From the IMG/VR virus record IMGVR_UViG_3300005613_000001, positions 463,113 to 527,112 of that record: a stretch of DNA of 64,000 bases; one strand, 5' to 3'. Shown here in pieces: positions 29,801 to 39,800 of this stretch (the stretch's first letter is position 1; the number at the start of each line of letters is the position of its first letter). The translations under genes were made by a program, and so were the position numbers. Below the pieces are notes generated by a model. The model ran no database searches. It was not told where the DNA came from and saw only the letters and a program-made list of their open reading frames with translations.

Positions 29801-30104
29801 TAGAGGCAACCACACTTTGTTCTGCATCTTGTCTTAACTTGGTTGCATTTTCAATATTATCAGCAGTTGGAGTCGTGCAAGCCAATTCTTCAGCAGCAAT
29901 CGCAGCAGTTAGCTTGTCTTGATTGTAATTTTTAGATTCATGCTCTCTAAGGTTGCCACTAATAAAATCCCTTTCAATGAAGTAGATTGTCACATTGTCA
30001 ACTTTATATGGATCAACCAAACACCCATCGGTATCTGTTGTTTCTAAATCAATAAGCACTGTGTCCGCCATTGTAGGCGATTCATCAAGTGTTTTTATTG
30101 CCAT
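26865..30104 (-). CDS. Baseplate wedge protein (gp7 / P2 gpI-like)
   Basis: FLNLLANMF...LWRRQIKRSIPLFKRKGTYLAL...; FKPFH motif; follows the gp6-like gene. Confidence 0.75.
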   Translation of the reverse strand: MAIKTLDESPTMADTVLIDLETTDTDGCLVDPYKVDNVTIYFIERDFISGNLREHESKNYNQDKLTAAIAAEELACTTPTADNIENATKLRQDAEQSVVASTFYYNEATPSDNFGTELFPAWLSTDTDNAILERTSTGTFQLTWEPDGRREGQYFVCWTWTVNVAGDTSTNYRQFDLFGATQITTAVPTHFTDPLKYDTLLDRYTPQMFKSYLGDHDLTPEVIDNFNGAIAKGFTFVEDLANQLIDLMDANVTNESFLNLLANMFNLQLRSGDPTLWRRQIKRSIPLFKRKGTYLALEEALAQADIVLTKLTRLWQVVSPYTWVEGLLVSSNGQTEFTLDKNPILPIDTNNFELSIRPAGSDDFVDLTSDYVTFVTVDGVTTMTWVGHQLSMSPIVLAEDDLLKITYEVNNVPNATQQSIEDYIRTLPLDDQRDFRDQTYPLKNWNVRVIEEDDPLFDVIIPDRQPYTPAVVFGQIRTEFPFSENIYNMEEYNGSLRDSTDPCDIDKDFLDCCTKCLGSKFTVDIEIESLSDDRIIEALSIIDEFKPFHAVLHTMNFSGGVEEFVNCGVEEVEALVTVAVDENVYCGTAQTIFSRSMEHNMWEMPPEMVKRTETADLRAVVTGVKGTVSNDHIVLYAPNVDFQELNFNNSTYINDPAAYVAGTNDNVLEILAPAIGRAGTYTVSGEPTKNTIWIDPASPDTISESPFRTGEFTFRLSNIVYTNAVNTISRDDVNNFSDASVNFGLLGVKTQWDVDNDADYSGGAWEIKIGASTYTILTTLPDGTLLIDDGGVAGTGITYTLLDDGSVPITTSTTGALTVTARGKVVITDAATSDIRILINIGDYVVWGGSEYEVIGFEEGASKTLYMDYNGVAGAGAISVYRRLVDNEVGYVAYSGATLTTSTNYETNLNIQNGASAPGYPWEDGGFLEQGTGTDAPSTEWTPPFSDGHFKEDFLLYVDADYFVINDINGTEITLGGPAQVWGTAGVANTDFTIYKAMKEDLTVRPQRDPAGPGHAFDFVDRRGKDIIVNTVETAAPMAFKAAMLNAANKDEIVETIQQSEDISFNIEWASGLEEKGEI

Positions 30105-30115
30105 ATTTTTCTCCG

Positions 30116-31681
30116 TTACTCATAAATGAATGAAATAGTCACATCGTCATAACGGATTATTTCATTAAAATCGGCTGTGACGGTCAATCCACTATTATCA
30201 GGGTCAGAAGTTGTAAGCGTAATGTCGCTATTAGTAACTTCTCTTACATCGGATAAGATTTTAATTATATCTGTATCTTTCAAATCTTGACCATATTCCC
30301 AATTGTTTAAAGCAAAAAATGAATCAATACGCCTTACAATCCTTGTTCTTATTTCTTCCTCATATTTTCTTCGTGCTCTAGCTACGGTGACATCTAAACT
30401 GACATCTACTTCAATGATTACACCATCTCGAATACATAATTCATCCGTAAACATTTTTTTCTCATCTAACTCATTCTGCAAATCAACTTTTAATTCATTT
30501 GAAGCTTCTTCTAATCCATCTGAACCATCTTTTGCTAATATGTATAGATCAATAATGTTTGCTGCACATCCATAGTTTCTCAATACCGCCGTTGATTTGC
30601 CAACTTGACCATGATAAACACTTGCAAATTGATCTGCCAATGTTTTATAATCGGTTCCGGTGACTGCTCTATCTTGTGTGCGGATATACCGGGGTAGCTT
30701 CTGACGAATCTCTTCAATACCATCTCCGTTATATCCATATTCACCTTTGGTGTAGTTGGTAAATTCTACTGCCACCCCAAAAGGAAACACATCTATACCA
30801 ATTGCGCCTTGTGCCGTAACGCCTCCCGTAACAATATTCCCTCTGGTTCCGCCACCAACACGATAAACCACTTTAATTTCTGCGCCTTCACTTGGAATCA
30901 TACCCGCACGATTATTACCAAAAACAACATAAGCTGAATAATCGGGATTATATTCTAAACGAAATTCCCTTCTAGGTTGAGAATCTGTGAAATATTCAAC
31001 TTGATCCCATTGAACGCCTTCCACATAAACACGGACGGATTGATAAATAATTGGCAAATTGGGAATTAAAACCGTCTGCCCAATACTGCCGTCTCCTTCA
31101 AAGAAGGCTTCTATTGTCACACCTTCTAAACCAACTATATTAGATATTGTAGTTTTTCCAGCGGGAACTACAATATCTTCATCTAAAATAGGGTTATCAT
31201 CAGAGTCAGCAGGGAAAAGCTCAATTGTAATAGCACCCTCATTAGTTCCACTTTCAATTGTATAAGGCGTAGGAATAGTCAGATGTTCTGTCAAAACCTT
31301 ATTTGTTGTTGCTGTCCACATTGATTTTGATGCTATTGGAGGCAATGGATCAAAGCCAACCAACTTAGACAGCCTAAATGCATTGTCAATTTCTGTTACT
31401 GTGTCAATGAAAATTTCATTGGCTATTTGATCGATTTTAAAACTTAAGGTATCTCCGATGAAAGCAAAATTCTCCATCAACATAATTGCCAAAGACGACT
31501 CTACAAAGTCATTAAAGTCATCGGAAAACTTTTCATTAATAAAATTGATTAATCTACTTTTAATTGACCAAAAATCTTGGTTCGTATAATTAAAATTAGC
31601 TATATTTGTAGTCGAAATAGGCTCTGATATGTCATAGGGCCTTACTTCAAAAGGACAATTAACTGCCATCAAATCCTCCAA
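30116..31681 (-). CDS. gp6: Baseplate wedge subunit gp6-like
   Basis: DFWSIK...DFVESSL...GDTLSF.ID, V.FGN..AG.IP..G..I.V.YR.GGG.RGN, QDRAVT..DY. Confidence 0.9.
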   Translation of the reverse strand: MEDLMAVNCPFEVRPYDISEPISTTNIANFNYTNQDFWSIKSRLINFINEKFSDDFNDFVESSLAIMLMENFAFIGDTLSFKIDQIANEIFIDTVTEIDNAFRLSKLVGFDPLPPIASKSMWTATTNKVLTEHLTIPTPYTIESGTNEGAITIELFPADSDDNPILDEDIVVPAGKTTISNIVGLEGVTIEAFFEGDGSIGQTVLIPNLPIIYQSVRVYVEGVQWDQVEYFTDSQPRREFRLEYNPDYSAYVVFGNNRAGMIPSEGAEIKVVYRVGGGTRGNIVTGGVTAQGAIGIDVFPFGVAVEFTNYTKGEYGYNGDGIEEIRQKLPRYIRTQDRAVTGTDYKTLADQFASVYHGQVGKSTAVLRNYGCAANIIDLYILAKDGSDGLEEASNELKVDLQNELDEKKMFTDELCIRDGVIIEVDVSLDVTVARARRKYEEEIRTRIVRRIDSFFALNNWEYGQDLKDTDIIKILSDVREVTNSDITLTTSDPDNSGLTVTADFNEIIRYDDVTISFIYE

Positions 31682-32113
31682 TTACGCCAATGGTACTTCC
31701 AATACTAACTCTTGAACCGACTGTATATCTTCAGGATCATACAATGTAATCCGAATGCCTAAAATATGCTCCAAATCTTGCATCGCATCTGATTCGTTTA
31801 TACTGTCTTCCCAATCACTATGCGATCCTATCTTTATATCTATCTGATCCACTACAACTCTTGGCTCCCAAGCCTGAATTGAAGTTGAAATCATAGATTT
31901 TGCCTGTTCAATGATTTCCTGGTCATTTGGATTAAAAAACAATTTCTTAAGAGGCGTGCCAAATTCGGGCAACATTACTCGTTCCCCAATATTCGTTAAT
32001 AATAATATGAGTAAATCTGATTTAATTGTATTTAAACCAGTTTGAGTACGAAGATACCCTCTAGGGTGTGTGTTAATTGGATATGGTGCGCCTCTAAATT
32101 TTTCTTCTGCCAT
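31682..32113 (-). CDS. gp25: Baseplate wedge gp25-like
   Basis: IKSDL.ILLLT..GERVM.P.FG..L..L.F...I..WEPRV. Confidence 0.93.
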   Translation of the reverse strand: MAEEKFRGAPYPINTHPRGYLRTQTGLNTIKSDLLILLLTNIGERVMLPEFGTPLKKLFFNPNDQEIIEQAKSMISTSIQAWEPRVVVDQIDIKIGSHSDWEDSINESDAMQDLEHILGIRITLYDPEDIQSVQELVLEVPLA

Positions 32114-32117
32114 TGTT

Positions 32118-34268
32118 TTATCCTATTACTGGACCTATTCTTGGTACATCAAATACTCCTTCGCATTCATCCGGCCTCTTAGCGGAAGCAAATACTCTTT
32201 CACTCAAAGATTTTTCGGTAATGTGCAATAACATTGGGAAAATCGGGCACCTAGTAATACATCTGCCCACTAATACGGGATATAAACACGGACCCATTTC
32301 TTCGGGAGTGGGATTATCAACACCAGGCGGGGGACAATCACGACCAGCAAACAGTAAAATATACTTTTCAGCAAAGAAAATATGTTGATCTGCGTGATTG
32401 AAGTATAAATCTTTAGGAATATCTATTAAATATTTACCATTTAAAACAAATAAAGTTTTATCGGTTGGGCCTAAGCACCCTTCTTCATCTCCTACTATTA
32501 CGTGTTCATGTCCCAATGTGTGCCTTATGTAATCCCCGCCTGCTCGCACGAATATCTGCCCGCAGGTGTTGTTGGTATTTTCTTGCAATCTGATTTCATG
32601 ATGACCACAACAAGATCCCTTTTGAGGAGCCACTATTCTAATATATTGCTGATCCATTACCTCCTGAGATTGAGCATCATTCATCTCCATCATTAGACCA
32701 TAACCTGATCTAATTCTTACATAAGCATTCTTAGCCTTAGGGGCCGGAACTCCACCCTCTCTTCTTTTTGAAGATGGTTGCTCATTGTTAAAGTCAATCA
32801 TCTCAAGTGTGTGATTGCTTGTGCTTTGCATGGTAATCCCACGACTCGGACCACCTATATCGCCAGGAAGTGTATCATCATTTAATTCAACTCTATTCCC
32901 ATTAGCAGTTAATAGGAGAATTCCATTTCTAGCTGGACGAGGACGGGGAACCATATCAAGATCTTCATTGATCTGAGATGGAAGTGCCGTTACATCCCAA
33001 GGATCGTATTCTCCATCATCTGCTGGTGTCCTGCCCCCTCTTAAACCAGGAGGAGAATTTTCATCCCCGCCCCCAGGTTGATATTCTTCGTCATTTAATT
33101 CAACACGGTGTCCCGTCATAGATTTAAATAACATCTTACCCTTACACTCGTTCCTGCAACCCCAGTCAAAAGGTTCCTGTGATCGTTCCCATTTTGGTAT
33201 ACCTATAGGCTCGGCAACTGAATCGTCAAAAATTGCTGTGTGACCACCAAAAGTTAAAATTTGGATACCACTTTGAGGTAATTCTGCCTTATTATTTTGA
33301 GGCGTGCCTGGCCCCGTATAAGGCCGACATTCATTTTTATGTTTAAAATATTTATTTTGACATTCTCCTTGGAGAACAGCCTTATCATCACAGCTTTCCA
33401 TTTTTTCAATGGGGTTGCCTTCTTCATCAAGACAATCAGCATTCCCCGATGTGTTACCACAACATTGAGGGTGAGCCCACTGCCCAGCGTCATGCATATG
33501 ATCGTCTTTAAAGATCATCCAGTTTCCCGTACTGGACATAAGCTCCATTCTCTTCCAACGATAATTACACTTAGGGTCACCATCATCCATTTTAAGCATG
33601 TGTTTTTGAACACTCTTGATGCCCGATTGGTGTGGAATAGTGGCTCTTAGAAATGCATCAGGATCAACTTCAATTTCATTTAAAGAATCAGGGTCAAACA
33701 TCTGATAATTGTCAGTGTTCCACGGCGGTAAAACTTGTGATTCATCATTAGGGTCGCCCTCTCCTGGTCCAATGAAATATCCTTTTCGGGTGCCTTCATG
33801 AATATCATCATATTCCTTCATGGTCACAATGCTATCCCAAATCCTTGACCCTGACGTTCCTCTGTTTCTAGTCCAAATTGAACCTAAATAATATGGGGCA
33901 AGACTATGACCAGCCTCAAAAATAACCATAATAGTCGAACCGGCAGGCGGCACTGCTACCATTCCTGAATCATCAAAACCACTATAAGATGAGATTGGCG
34001 AAGCAAAAGGATATTTCTTGGTATTCATATCCGGCTTATGAAGATAAGGGCTAAAAAATCGCACCCGACCTTGTAAATGCGGATCTTCTGTGCTAATCAC
34101 CCACGCCTTATACACAGACATCTCAGCGGGATTTCGATGGGGAACTTGATCTGTGCTATGTTTTATACTCCCAACAAATTGTGCCATGCTGAAAAGTTCA
34201 TCTGATAACTTTTCTTCAAGCGATCTTATCCTTTGTCGTGATTCGTGTACTACTGAAAAAAATGACAT
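32118..34268 (-). CDS. gp5: Central spike gp5/VgrG-like (OB fold plus beta-helix; no lysozyme domain recognised)
   Basis: DP..QGRVR...PP.GS.I.V.FE.G....P.Y.GS; repeated GHRVEL.D / GNRVEL.D / NHTLEM.D units. Confidence 0.8.
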   Translation of the reverse strand: MSFFSVVHESRQRIRSLEEKLSDELFSMAQFVGSIKHSTDQVPHRNPAEMSVYKAWVISTEDPHLQGRVRFFSPYLHKPDMNTKKYPFASPISSYSGFDDSGMVAVPPAGSTIMVIFEAGHSLAPYYLGSIWTRNRGTSGSRIWDSIVTMKEYDDIHEGTRKGYFIGPGEGDPNDESQVLPPWNTDNYQMFDPDSLNEIEVDPDAFLRATIPHQSGIKSVQKHMLKMDDGDPKCNYRWKRMELMSSTGNWMIFKDDHMHDAGQWAHPQCCGNTSGNADCLDEEGNPIEKMESCDDKAVLQGECQNKYFKHKNECRPYTGPGTPQNNKAELPQSGIQILTFGGHTAIFDDSVAEPIGIPKWERSQEPFDWGCRNECKGKMLFKSMTGHRVELNDEEYQPGGGDENSPPGLRGGRTPADDGEYDPWDVTALPSQINEDLDMVPRPRPARNGILLLTANGNRVELNDDTLPGDIGGPSRGITMQSTSNHTLEMIDFNNEQPSSKRREGGVPAPKAKNAYVRIRSGYGLMMEMNDAQSQEVMDQQYIRIVAPQKGSCCGHHEIRLQENTNNTCGQIFVRAGGDYIRHTLGHEHVIVGDEEGCLGPTDKTLFVLNGKYLIDIPKDLYFNHADQHIFFAEKYILLFAGRDCPPPGVDNPTPEEMGPCLYPVLVGRCITRCPIFPMLLHITEKSLSERVFASAKRPDECEGVFDVPRIGPVIG

Positions 34269-35933
34269 TTAAGGTTTTAATCTCCCATTTAAATAATCTA
34301 TACCACAGGAATCCCGGCCTCCCAATGGCACATCTTTATTCATTACTACGCCCGGCGCTCGCAATCCCAACTTTAATATAGTGTGATATGAACCCTCTTT
34401 TATCTGGTGGTCTACCCCTTCAATTAGCCAATTTCTATTAGTCAACAAAGGATTACAAGGTGGCTTTACTGTATAATCGCCGCAATTAGTTTGATTATCA
34501 CTTCCCCGTAGGTGGAAAGGATTGACAACAACTACAGTAACATACCTACTTGTCAACAGTAATACTTTTGAATAAAAAGGATCACCCTGAATAATAAGAT
34601 TTGCTGAAACTGCATCAGCATGAATAAGCTGCGCTTTCTCATTGGCTTCTAATGATGTTGCTTGTTCTTCGGCTGCCTTATCTTTAAATTGATGTTGTAT
34701 ATCATCTGGAATTGGAGCACTCGATCCTTCTCCCTGCCCTGTTATTTGAGGACAAATTCTTGACTGTGGCTCTTTTTGAGCCGCTGGTTTACCACCAGCA
34801 TCACTAATACTACTCCCAGGATGTACCGTGGGCGGAAATACAGTAATTTTTGGATCAAATTTAATAACCGGACTACACGAACCTCCATGAACAATATATG
34901 TACCAACATTTAAGGGGGTAGAAGTGTTCATAGTGCCATCGCAATCTGGTTCTCCCGATTCCCAGAAAATTACAATAGGTAATCCCTTGACTGAATTATC
35001 TGTCCTTATTATAAATCCCTTGTCATTAGTTGTCCTATAGCTTTGTAACCATTGTGATGCTGCCTCAATAGGGTTCCTTTGATTCGGTTGCCATCCCCAT
35101 CGTTTCCCATTAATGTCTTCATAATTCCCATAAAAGGCCCATTCATATAAACCTCCAAGATCCATAGCTCCTGATGGTACAAGATTGTGTTCTTCGCCAA
35201 GTTGTGCTGATGCTTTCCTAGTTCCAGGCCCGGCCTTTCTAGTTAAAAATAAAACACCTATACTGTACCTTGCAAAAAGTATTCTGATTGCCTTTTTTAA
35301 AGCAATCCGATCTTTTTCTTCTCCCTCTACTTCTCCTATTGTCCCAGAGTCGGAAGTTTGCGCCATCAATGCAGGCACCCAGTTGGCATGAATTGTAAAT
35401 TTAATTTTACCTTGTTCAAATTCAATATCTATTCCTGTTGGCATTGCAAAATTGTTCTTAGGCGATGACTGAGCAGCCTCGCGGCCTCCTGAAATCCCAT
35501 CCACTGTACCGGAAGCATGACATGAAGTGGTTGTCCATCCATATTCAAACCTCATTGAAAATGCTTCCTGTATAGTTTGCCCCATGTCTCGATTTTTAGG
35601 CCATGAATCTAATATAAAAGCTTCAAAGTCACCCCCCTCTTCATCAAATACTTCTACTGTAACTTCATCTGATGCATTCGGTCCACCTCCAAAAGCAAAA
35701 TGAAAAGATTTAATTACTGCTGAGTTTTTTAATGCCCCCTCTGCGACTCCCATATTTGAAGATTCATTTCCCACAGTAATTATGCGGCCACTATCGGCAA
35801 CACATTCTATTCTAACCCAGGGAGCTATTCCCTCTGCATTTATTGGCTTGTTAAATTTAGGTGAAGCACTAGAACACCCGCATTTAGACAAAAAGGCAGT
35901 ACAAGATGCCCTGTTTGGTTTATACGCTGGCAT
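34269..35933 (-). CDS. Baseplate hub (gp27/late-control D-like)
   Basis: A.L.IQGDP...V.V.NP...W.I.GV.H.I..G.Y.T.L.L C-terminal hub motif; lies between gp5 and gp53. Confidence 0.7.
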   Translation of the reverse strand: MPAYKPNRASCTAFLSKCGCSSASPKFNKPINAEGIAPWVRIECVADSGRIITVGNESSNMGVAEGALKNSAVIKSFHFAFGGGPNASDEVTVEVFDEEGGDFEAFILDSWPKNRDMGQTIQEAFSMRFEYGWTTTSCHASGTVDGISGGREAAQSSPKNNFAMPTGIDIEFEQGKIKFTIHANWVPALMAQTSDSGTIGEVEGEEKDRIALKKAIRILFARYSIGVLFLTRKAGPGTRKASAQLGEEHNLVPSGAMDLGGLYEWAFYGNYEDINGKRWGWQPNQRNPIEAASQWLQSYRTTNDKGFIIRTDNSVKGLPIVIFWESGEPDCDGTMNTSTPLNVGTYIVHGGSCSPVIKFDPKITVFPPTVHPGSSISDAGGKPAAQKEPQSRICPQITGQGEGSSAPIPDDIQHQFKDKAAEEQATSLEANEKAQLIHADAVSANLIIQGDPFYSKVLLLTSRYVTVVVVNPFHLRGSDNQTNCGDYTVKPPCNPLLTNRNWLIEGVDHQIKEGSYHTILKLGLRAPGVVMNKDVPLGGRDSCGIDYLNGRLKP

Positions 35934-35941
35934 GATGACTC

Positions 35942-36268
35942 CTATATTTTATGTGGGATTCTAATATTCTTACCGGCTGTGAATTCAAAAACATCCCATA
36001 TGTTGTTAATTTGCATGATCTTCCACCAATAGTCAGGGAAGCCATAAACGTCATATGAAAGTAAATCCGGTCTATATTCATATTTTGCTGATAGCAAAGT
36101 GAATTGATCGTCGGCGGACTCTTGCACTTCATTTTCATTTCGCTTGTATGTTTCAAATGTTAAATATCCCTGCTCAGAATATCTCAAAACAGTTGAACCT
36201 GAATATCTACTTGAATTTGTTACAAGCGTAGTAGCTTTAATGTCGGTTACTTCAATAAGATTAGCCAT
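35942..36268 (-). CDS. gp53: Baseplate wedge gp53-like (LysM-like)
   Basis: RPDLLSYDVYG...YWWKI..IN.I.D...G..IRIP. Confidence 0.85.
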   Translation of the reverse strand: MANLIEVTDIKATTLVTNSSRYSGSTVLRYSEQGYLTFETYKRNENEVQESADDQFTLLSAKYEYRPDLLSYDVYGFPDYWWKIMQINNIWDVFEFTAGKNIRIPHKI

Positions 36269-36269
36269 T

Positions 36270-36860
36270 TTATTTGCCTATTTGCCATATTCTATTTTGA
36301 TTGGGCAAATGATCGCTCCGATATACCACTCGCCATTTTGAACTTATATTAAATTTAAAAGGAATTAGAGTGGCAGGGTCAAAAGGAACACTTGTATCAA
36401 ATTTTACGCTGTAATTATCTAAAACCATACATATGCCTTCTATCGGGTTACTTTGACTCCCTGTTATCATTTGACCACAACGAAATTTACAAACAGGAGG
36501 CGGGACATAAGGGGCTTCTGATGTTGGTCCTCGCGGATAAGCAGCACTCTCAACGGCTCTTAAAATTGCCTTATTGTATAAAAAACTCCCTGGTTCTGAT
36601 TCACTCCCATTATTTGTTGCAATCAAAGGTATATCAATAGTTATCATTCGTATATCAGAGTGCGAGTAAGTCGTAAGTGGCGTTGCTCGCCCCATAATAG
36701 GCTCATCATTCCATTTTGCGCCTTTTGAATCTTGAATGATTGGCATAGTATTAAAACGCACAGTTCTTGCGCCAGGAATATCCAAAGCGCAACCTGGAAT
36801 TTCATTAAGTTGTCCTTGTGGATCTGTTGCTTTAGGATATGGACCTGTTCTTCTTGCCAT
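36270..36860 (-). CDS. Tail tube initiator (gp48/gp54-like CIS tube protein)
   Basis: W....IMGR..P...YS.S.R...I...YP.....PPP...C.L....V.FD. Confidence 0.75.
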   Translation of the reverse strand: MARRTGPYPKATDPQGQLNEIPGCALDIPGARTVRFNTMPIIQDSKGAKWNDEPIMGRATPLTTYSHSDIRMITIDIPLIATNNGSESEPGSFLYNKAILRAVESAAYPRGPTSEAPYVPPPVCKFRCGQMITGSQSNPIEGICMVLDNYSVKFDTSVPFDPATLIPFKFNISSKWRVVYRSDHLPNQNRIWQIGK

Positions 36861-36872
36861 TTTATCTTCCTA

Positions 36873-39800
36873 TTAGTAAGGTCTAGTGGATTGGCCGAAT
36901 CTACCCTGTCGTCCTGGGCTCGCTGCGGCAAGTCCAACATTTAGTGCTGGGTACTTAGCGGGGGCAATAGGTTTTGAGGAGCCTGGAGAAGCATCGCCCA
37001 TAGAATTATCTTCATAAGGTATAATCTCGGACCCTTCGCCCATAATGCTAACCATTTCTATTAAGTGAGCATTCATTGCTGTTAAAAGGTCAACATTTTT
37101 CTTTAAATGTGTAACCATTTCACTTAATTCTTCGCCTGCTACCTTTGTAGTGGTAGGTTCGCCGCCAGCTTGTTCTTTCTTGATTTCATCATGAACTTCT
37201 GGCAATGCTGTAGTAGCAACTGGGGCTGCCTCACCCATCAAGGCTGTAGTAGCTGTAGCTGCGGCACCTGTGAAGTCACCGCTTAACAATTTACCACCCG
37301 CCTCTGTAAGTCCTCCCATAACTCCGAGAGGATCATCAATTAATCTACCACCTACAGTTTTTAATGTTTCATAAGATTTAGAAACGAAACCTTTTGCTGT
37401 TTCGCCTAATCCTTTGATTGTATCCATAGGATTCGTAGCAAAATTAATTGCAGCACCTTTTATCTTATCAAATGCACCACCAAGGAAGCCCCCAACCTTC
37501 TTTACAGTCTCTAAAGGATTCATAGCCATATTGGTTATGTTTTTGAAAGACTTACCAATAAAGCCGGTAACGCCATCCAACACGCCTCGGAACGGACCAT
37601 CCCCTTCAGCCTTTATTCCTTTTAGAGCTTCATTAGGTATAACCGCTTCCCCTTCATGCAAAACACCAAGACCAGTTTTTGTGATTTCTCTACTTCCTTC
37701 TTTAAACCAATTAAATGGATTTAAAGCTGAACCAACGGCTTTCACGCCACCCCAAGCTGCTTTTGCTGTTCCCGTAACCGCACCAACACCTGTTTCTAAA
37801 GCCCCACCTGCAATTTTACCTGCACCTTGAAGCAAATCGCCCTTAAGCATGTCACCAACACCACCGGCCATTCCTCCAAGTCCGTGCATTACGCCTGGAC
37901 CCTCTGTTAGCATAGTGTTCATTTGCTCGCCAGCAGTTTCTCCATATCCTTTAGAGGCGTCAGCGGCAGCACCACCAAATAAATTCTTAACCCAAGCAGG
38001 TATTGCATCAATAAGAGCACCAATGGTGTGATCCCAAAGCCAAGTGCCTAAATTAGCAAGACCTTGTGTAACTGAAGTGAATAGCCAAACTGGGAAATCA
38101 AGGAATACACTTTTCATTCCTCCAAGTAATGACTGTCCGAGCCAAATTGGGAAATCAATAAGCGTAGCCTTTAATCCGCTTAGCAAACTACTACCAAGCC
38201 AAATTGGGAAATCAATAAGTGTAGCCTTTAATCCGCTTAGCAAACTACTACCAAGCCAAATTGGGAAATCAACAAACACTGCCTGCAACCCGTTTAAGAA
38301 ATAGCCTCCCAATATCTTAGGAATTTCCCAGAAGACCGCTTTTATGGTGCCTCCAAGCGAAGTGAAAATGCCACCAACTAAGCTAACAAATCCATCCCAA
38401 ATTCTTTTGAATCCTTCTTTGATTTTATCCCAATCAAATGTTAATATTCCTGTTAAAATGTGTACGAATCCAGCAATAGAATTTACTACGCCTCCAATAA
38501 TTTTACCAATACCCATAATGGCTGGTTTGAGCAGGGTAACAATTACTTTAACAACAACCCCAATAGTGTTAATTAGGAATTTTGCTGCCAAACCAAGCCC
38601 TTGTATTCCCACTTGCAATGGTACAAGTGCCGCGCTTGCAACCCAACCGACTACTGTTCCAAGTGGTTTTAATACTGTACCGATTAACCATCCAATTTGC
38701 TTAGCCACCCACCCAATAGCTCCTACAATGCCGCCCAATGCTGTTCCTAACATTCCAAAGAATCCAGAAACACTAGCTAATCCTGATTTAACATCTAACA
38801 ACGGCCCAAAGAACGGTTGGAAAACGGTCATCAAGGTATTCTTGATATCACTGAACACACCTTTGAGCATTGCAAAGGTGGCTTCAAATGGTTCAATGAT
38901 TCCCATTATCACACCTTTAATGCTATTCCACCCATCTAACATAGGTTGGAAAATAGGAGCGAAAATACCCTTAGAAAGACTTTCCAAACCACTACTAATG
39001 GCATTCATTAAATACTTTGGCAAATCAACAAATATTTTGCCAAACATATTCAAGAAGAATTGAGGCACATTACCGACCACAGCTATAAGTGATTTGCCGA
39101 TCATGCCAATAACATTTCCAACCATATTTGGCAGAGCTATGATGGCTCGTCCAAATCCTTCTTTAATTGTTTCAAAATCAAAACTAAACAATCCAACCAC
39201 CGTGCTAAACAAACCACCAAGAACGCCACCTATTCCCCCGGCTATTTCACCAATGAGCTTAAATGGTGTCAAAATAGTCTTTAATATAGCCCCAATCGGA
39301 CCTGTAACCTTGTCCGCCATTCCGCCTATACTGGTAAAGATGCCAGCCACAGCCTGATATAATAACTGCGGGAGCTTTAATATCACTGCTGCAAAATACT
39401 TAGGCAATGCGATAATTTGTTTGCCAATTGCTGGGACGATTGCCACGACACTCTTGTATAGCATTTTTGGAACTGCGAGTAGCATTGTCACCAGCCCATC
39501 ACCCATAGATTTAAAATCAAGAGTAAAGAGCCCCTTAATGACTTGCCATGCTCCACTAAATGTTGCTTTTATGCCCTCGGCTAGATATTTTAATGGTTTA
39601 ATAATTGCATCAATGCCTGGTGCCCATGACATGAGAAATTTTCTTAGAGGCGACCCAGCATCGGTCATTATTTTATATAGTTCAGCTACACCACCACTAA
39701 CAGCACCAGCAATAGCTCCCATGCCTGTGCCAATAACGGGAACAACACTACCAAGAGCAGCACCAGCCATTGCCCCTGTTCCAGCAGCACCCATGATGCC

